From the NCBI GenBank assembly GCA_051362555.1, contig CM120644.1, positions 17,692,534-17,756,533 of the forward strand: 64,000 bases of DNA. The letters run 5' to 3'. This stretch comes from Lingula anatina (lineage: Eukaryota; Animalia; Brachiopoda). The first letter of the stretch is position 1; every line of letters starts with the position of its first letter. The notes under the pieces were generated by a model that was not told the DNA's origin, did no database searches, and was given only the letters and a program-made list of their open reading frames with translations. Shown here piece by piece: positions 61,605-64,000 of this stretch. Position numbers and translations under genes: made by a program.

Positions 61605-62078
61605 ATGGGTGGACTTTACTTTAAAGTTGTCTTTATTATCATTTTTCTACTTACAAACATTATAACAATATCTAGTAACAGAGATGGAGAACACAGTAAG
61701 TCAATTCGCCTCCTGGAATGGGTGTGGATTGTTTTTGGGTTTCCACAATCATTTATTTCTTATATTATTTATATACAGTGTATCTAATTTTAAGCTACGT
61801 TGTATCCTGACGTAAGTAATATGCAATTCGAATATCAAATTGGTCAGTGTGTCTAACATTTACTGGTATTTAATGTATATAAACCGTTCACTTTTTTCCT
61901 AACGGAAACCTTTATCTTTTCAGTGCTGAGGCATTCTTACCTTGGTTTTCCACGTCTGCATTTCTCAGGAAATTTCTTCGTGGACCCAATGACAACAAAT
62001 AACGCATTGAATAACTTAAATATGACAGCTAATTTTGGACCTCGCCTGCAGCCTGTTAATGAAGGGTACAACCCACAA
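61605..62078 (+). CDS. Secreted protein with a VioB/RebD/StaD-like N-terminus; first two exons (61605..61695, 61924..62078), continues beyond the window
   Basis: Exon 1 has a good start context (aaccATGG) and encodes a signal-peptide-like MGGLYFKVVFIIIFLLTNIITISS. A phase-1 GTAAGT...CAG splice gives ...EHMLRHSYLGFPRLHFSGNFFVDPMTTNNALNNLNMTANFGPRLQPVNEGYNPQ|GTATGT. SYLxFPRLHFSGxFxxDPxTxNN...xNPxG resembles the N-terminus of VioB-like proteins as I recall it. Confidence 0.65.
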
Positions 62079-63392
62079 GTATGTCTTACTATTCGTATTC
62101 ATAAAGCAAGTATTTATGCCAAACCATTGCCCCTTAATTCGACAAAATGCAGCCATATGGTTTCAAATGGTATAACTTCGTCCCTTTACACCCTATCCTG
62201 AAATATTTTCGCAGATACCGTGTAGCTATTAAAAAACACGACTACTGGTACGCGTTTAATCGATAACTGATTTAATACTCGTCAGATTACCATCCGCCCC
62301 CTTCCTTATGAATAGGTATTACTTTATTAATACAATGCAACCGACGTGTAGCCGCATGTTAGAAGACAATGTGTGACTACGCACAACAGTATGAGGCCGC
62401 TACCCCTTCCCAGCAAGGAGTCAACACAGCAGCGCGTAACCCGGGGTTAATTAGGGGTTATTAGCTGTCCACTTATGATCGGTATTGTTCGTCTTAATGC
62501 AGCACACTTCCTACTCACTATTGGTTCGCCCGCCTCTTCTTTAAATGTTCTCTCAAACCTTTCCTCAGTCAGCCGAGAATGGAAACACGTTTATCTGCCG
62601 ATAAACTTCGTCGTTGATGTATTTTTTGGCATCCTTATACAGTGGGCCATAAGGCTCTATCTATGATTTTTTTCGTCCGGCATTTTACCAGATTAAGCTG
62701 ACGCTTGAAAACTAAATTAAATGAATAATTTTCTTACGTGCACGTATCCAGCTAATTTTACGACAATAACTTCCACGGCACCTCCGCCATTTGCAATTGT
62801 AGACGAACCACGTGTTTCCAACTGATAGGCCAATACAACTATGCCAGACCCATTGCACGATAAAAAACCGTTTATATTTAATGAATTAAAAAAACATTTG
62901 GGAATCACGATTTTCTATTGATAAACTTTCGATGGTATCCCTGTATTAAATCATCCACTGCTACCCCCTCTATTGTAGTGTAGCATGACTCGTATCACAA
63001 GATGGTCTTAGAAGTAAGACAGGCCTACACTCTGATAGTTTTAGTCTATTATTAACCCTAATGTCGTTTCTTGTCATTCATTCTAGAACTCTCTGAGCCA
63101 TCGCAAAGTTATTTGCCAGGACATTAAAAGGCTACTTCTTAACGGATTTTTTTTTTTTCACTGAGTCCAAAAATGTTCGAGGACGTCTCTGTCGTTATCG
63201 CCGTTTCTCGAACGTCATTTAAACGGCGTTGAACGGCAGTCCCAGACAAAGGATCGGGAGTTTCTAAATAAAAGAACTTATAAATGCTGCCACTAGCCAG
63301 TTATTGTTCCTAAGTAAAGAGAGGCGATAATGATCTGTTCTTTCTTCTAGCTTAGTCTGTCGACTAAAATGAACAAGGTTAGGCCTACAATG

Positions 63393-63980
63393 CAACCACC
63401 AATTATTACGACCATTAATGAGGTTCTTTGCTACACTCCCTTTCTTCATGATCGCGAAACCCGTGGGGTGCTGTGTTTTAAATATATATAAAAGGGGTTT
63501 CGCGAGGTGAAGCTATAATAATGAACTAAAATCCGATGAATAATAAACCTATCTAATAAACCATGGCCTATCTAATAAACCATGAAGCACAGGCCTCTTC
63601 TTTGACCGACATCAAATTTTTACATTCTTTGTTTTAATAAGAGGGCGAACGTAGTCTAATTTGTCTTTTCGTGGTGATTTTGCTCAAGTAACGGAGTCAA
63701 GTAAATCGGTGATTTACCGTTGGTAAGGGTAGCAATCATCCCTCCTGCGTCCTCACAGATTACTTTCTAATCCCCCGTAATTAACGCAGTCAGGAAGAAG
63801 CGCTGAAATAGGGGATTTTGTATCAGGGAAAAGTTTAGTATTAATCTTATGTTATCACGTATCTGTATTATGTAATCATGTAACTCATTTTCCCAAGGCA
63901 ACCACCAATTATGACGACCATTAATGAAGTTCTCTGCTACACACTTTCCTCTCCTCTCTCGTGAAACCCTGGAGGTGTTG
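63393..63980. repeat. Diverged ~85-bp direct repeat (~63393-63473 and ~63899-63980)
   Basis: caaccaccaattat(t/g)acgaccattaatga(g/a)gttct(t/c)tgctacac...cg(c/t)gaaaccc occurs twice. Confidence 0.75.
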
Positions 63981-64000
63981 GGTATATTTGGGGTAGTTTA

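Noticed and set aside
1-64000. tRNA, rRNA or prokaryotic operon/defence systems
   Set aside because: None recognised; the gene structure is spliceosomal throughout

Overview
Eukaryotic genomic DNA from an animal, probably a marine invertebrate (AT-rich, GT-AG introns, microsatellites, dense MITEs); the species cannot be determined from the sequence. Most entries in the ORF track are spurious. Spliced genes assembled by hand: (1) the 5' part of a Ser/Thr kinase (-, runs off the left edge); (2) a TEX12-like synaptonemal-complex gene (-) head-to-head with (3) a complete 8-exon CNOT9/CAF40/RQCD1 gene (+); (4) a divergent 5-exon SRD5A3/polyprenol-reductase-like gene (+); (5) a 4-exon SLC16/MCT-type MFS transporter (+); (6) the first two exons of a secreted protein whose mature N-terminus resembles bacterial VioB/RebD/StaD-like proteins (+, runs off the right edge). 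Between and inside these genes are Helentron/DINE-like elements carrying ~160-bp satellite arrays, many Harbinger-, hAT-, Kolobok- and Tc1-type MITEs, and decayed Harbinger, Tc1, Gypsy, RTE and RTEX coding remnants. A 5-kb block bracketed by apparently identical 257-bp direct repeats contains two minisatellites. The most notable observations are the intron-containing VioB-like gene, the TEX12-like gene, and short TAGGCCTA-like insertions that break a dead transposase frame while the same palindrome is heavily enriched near the kinase promoter. All homology calls come from motif recognition, not database searches.
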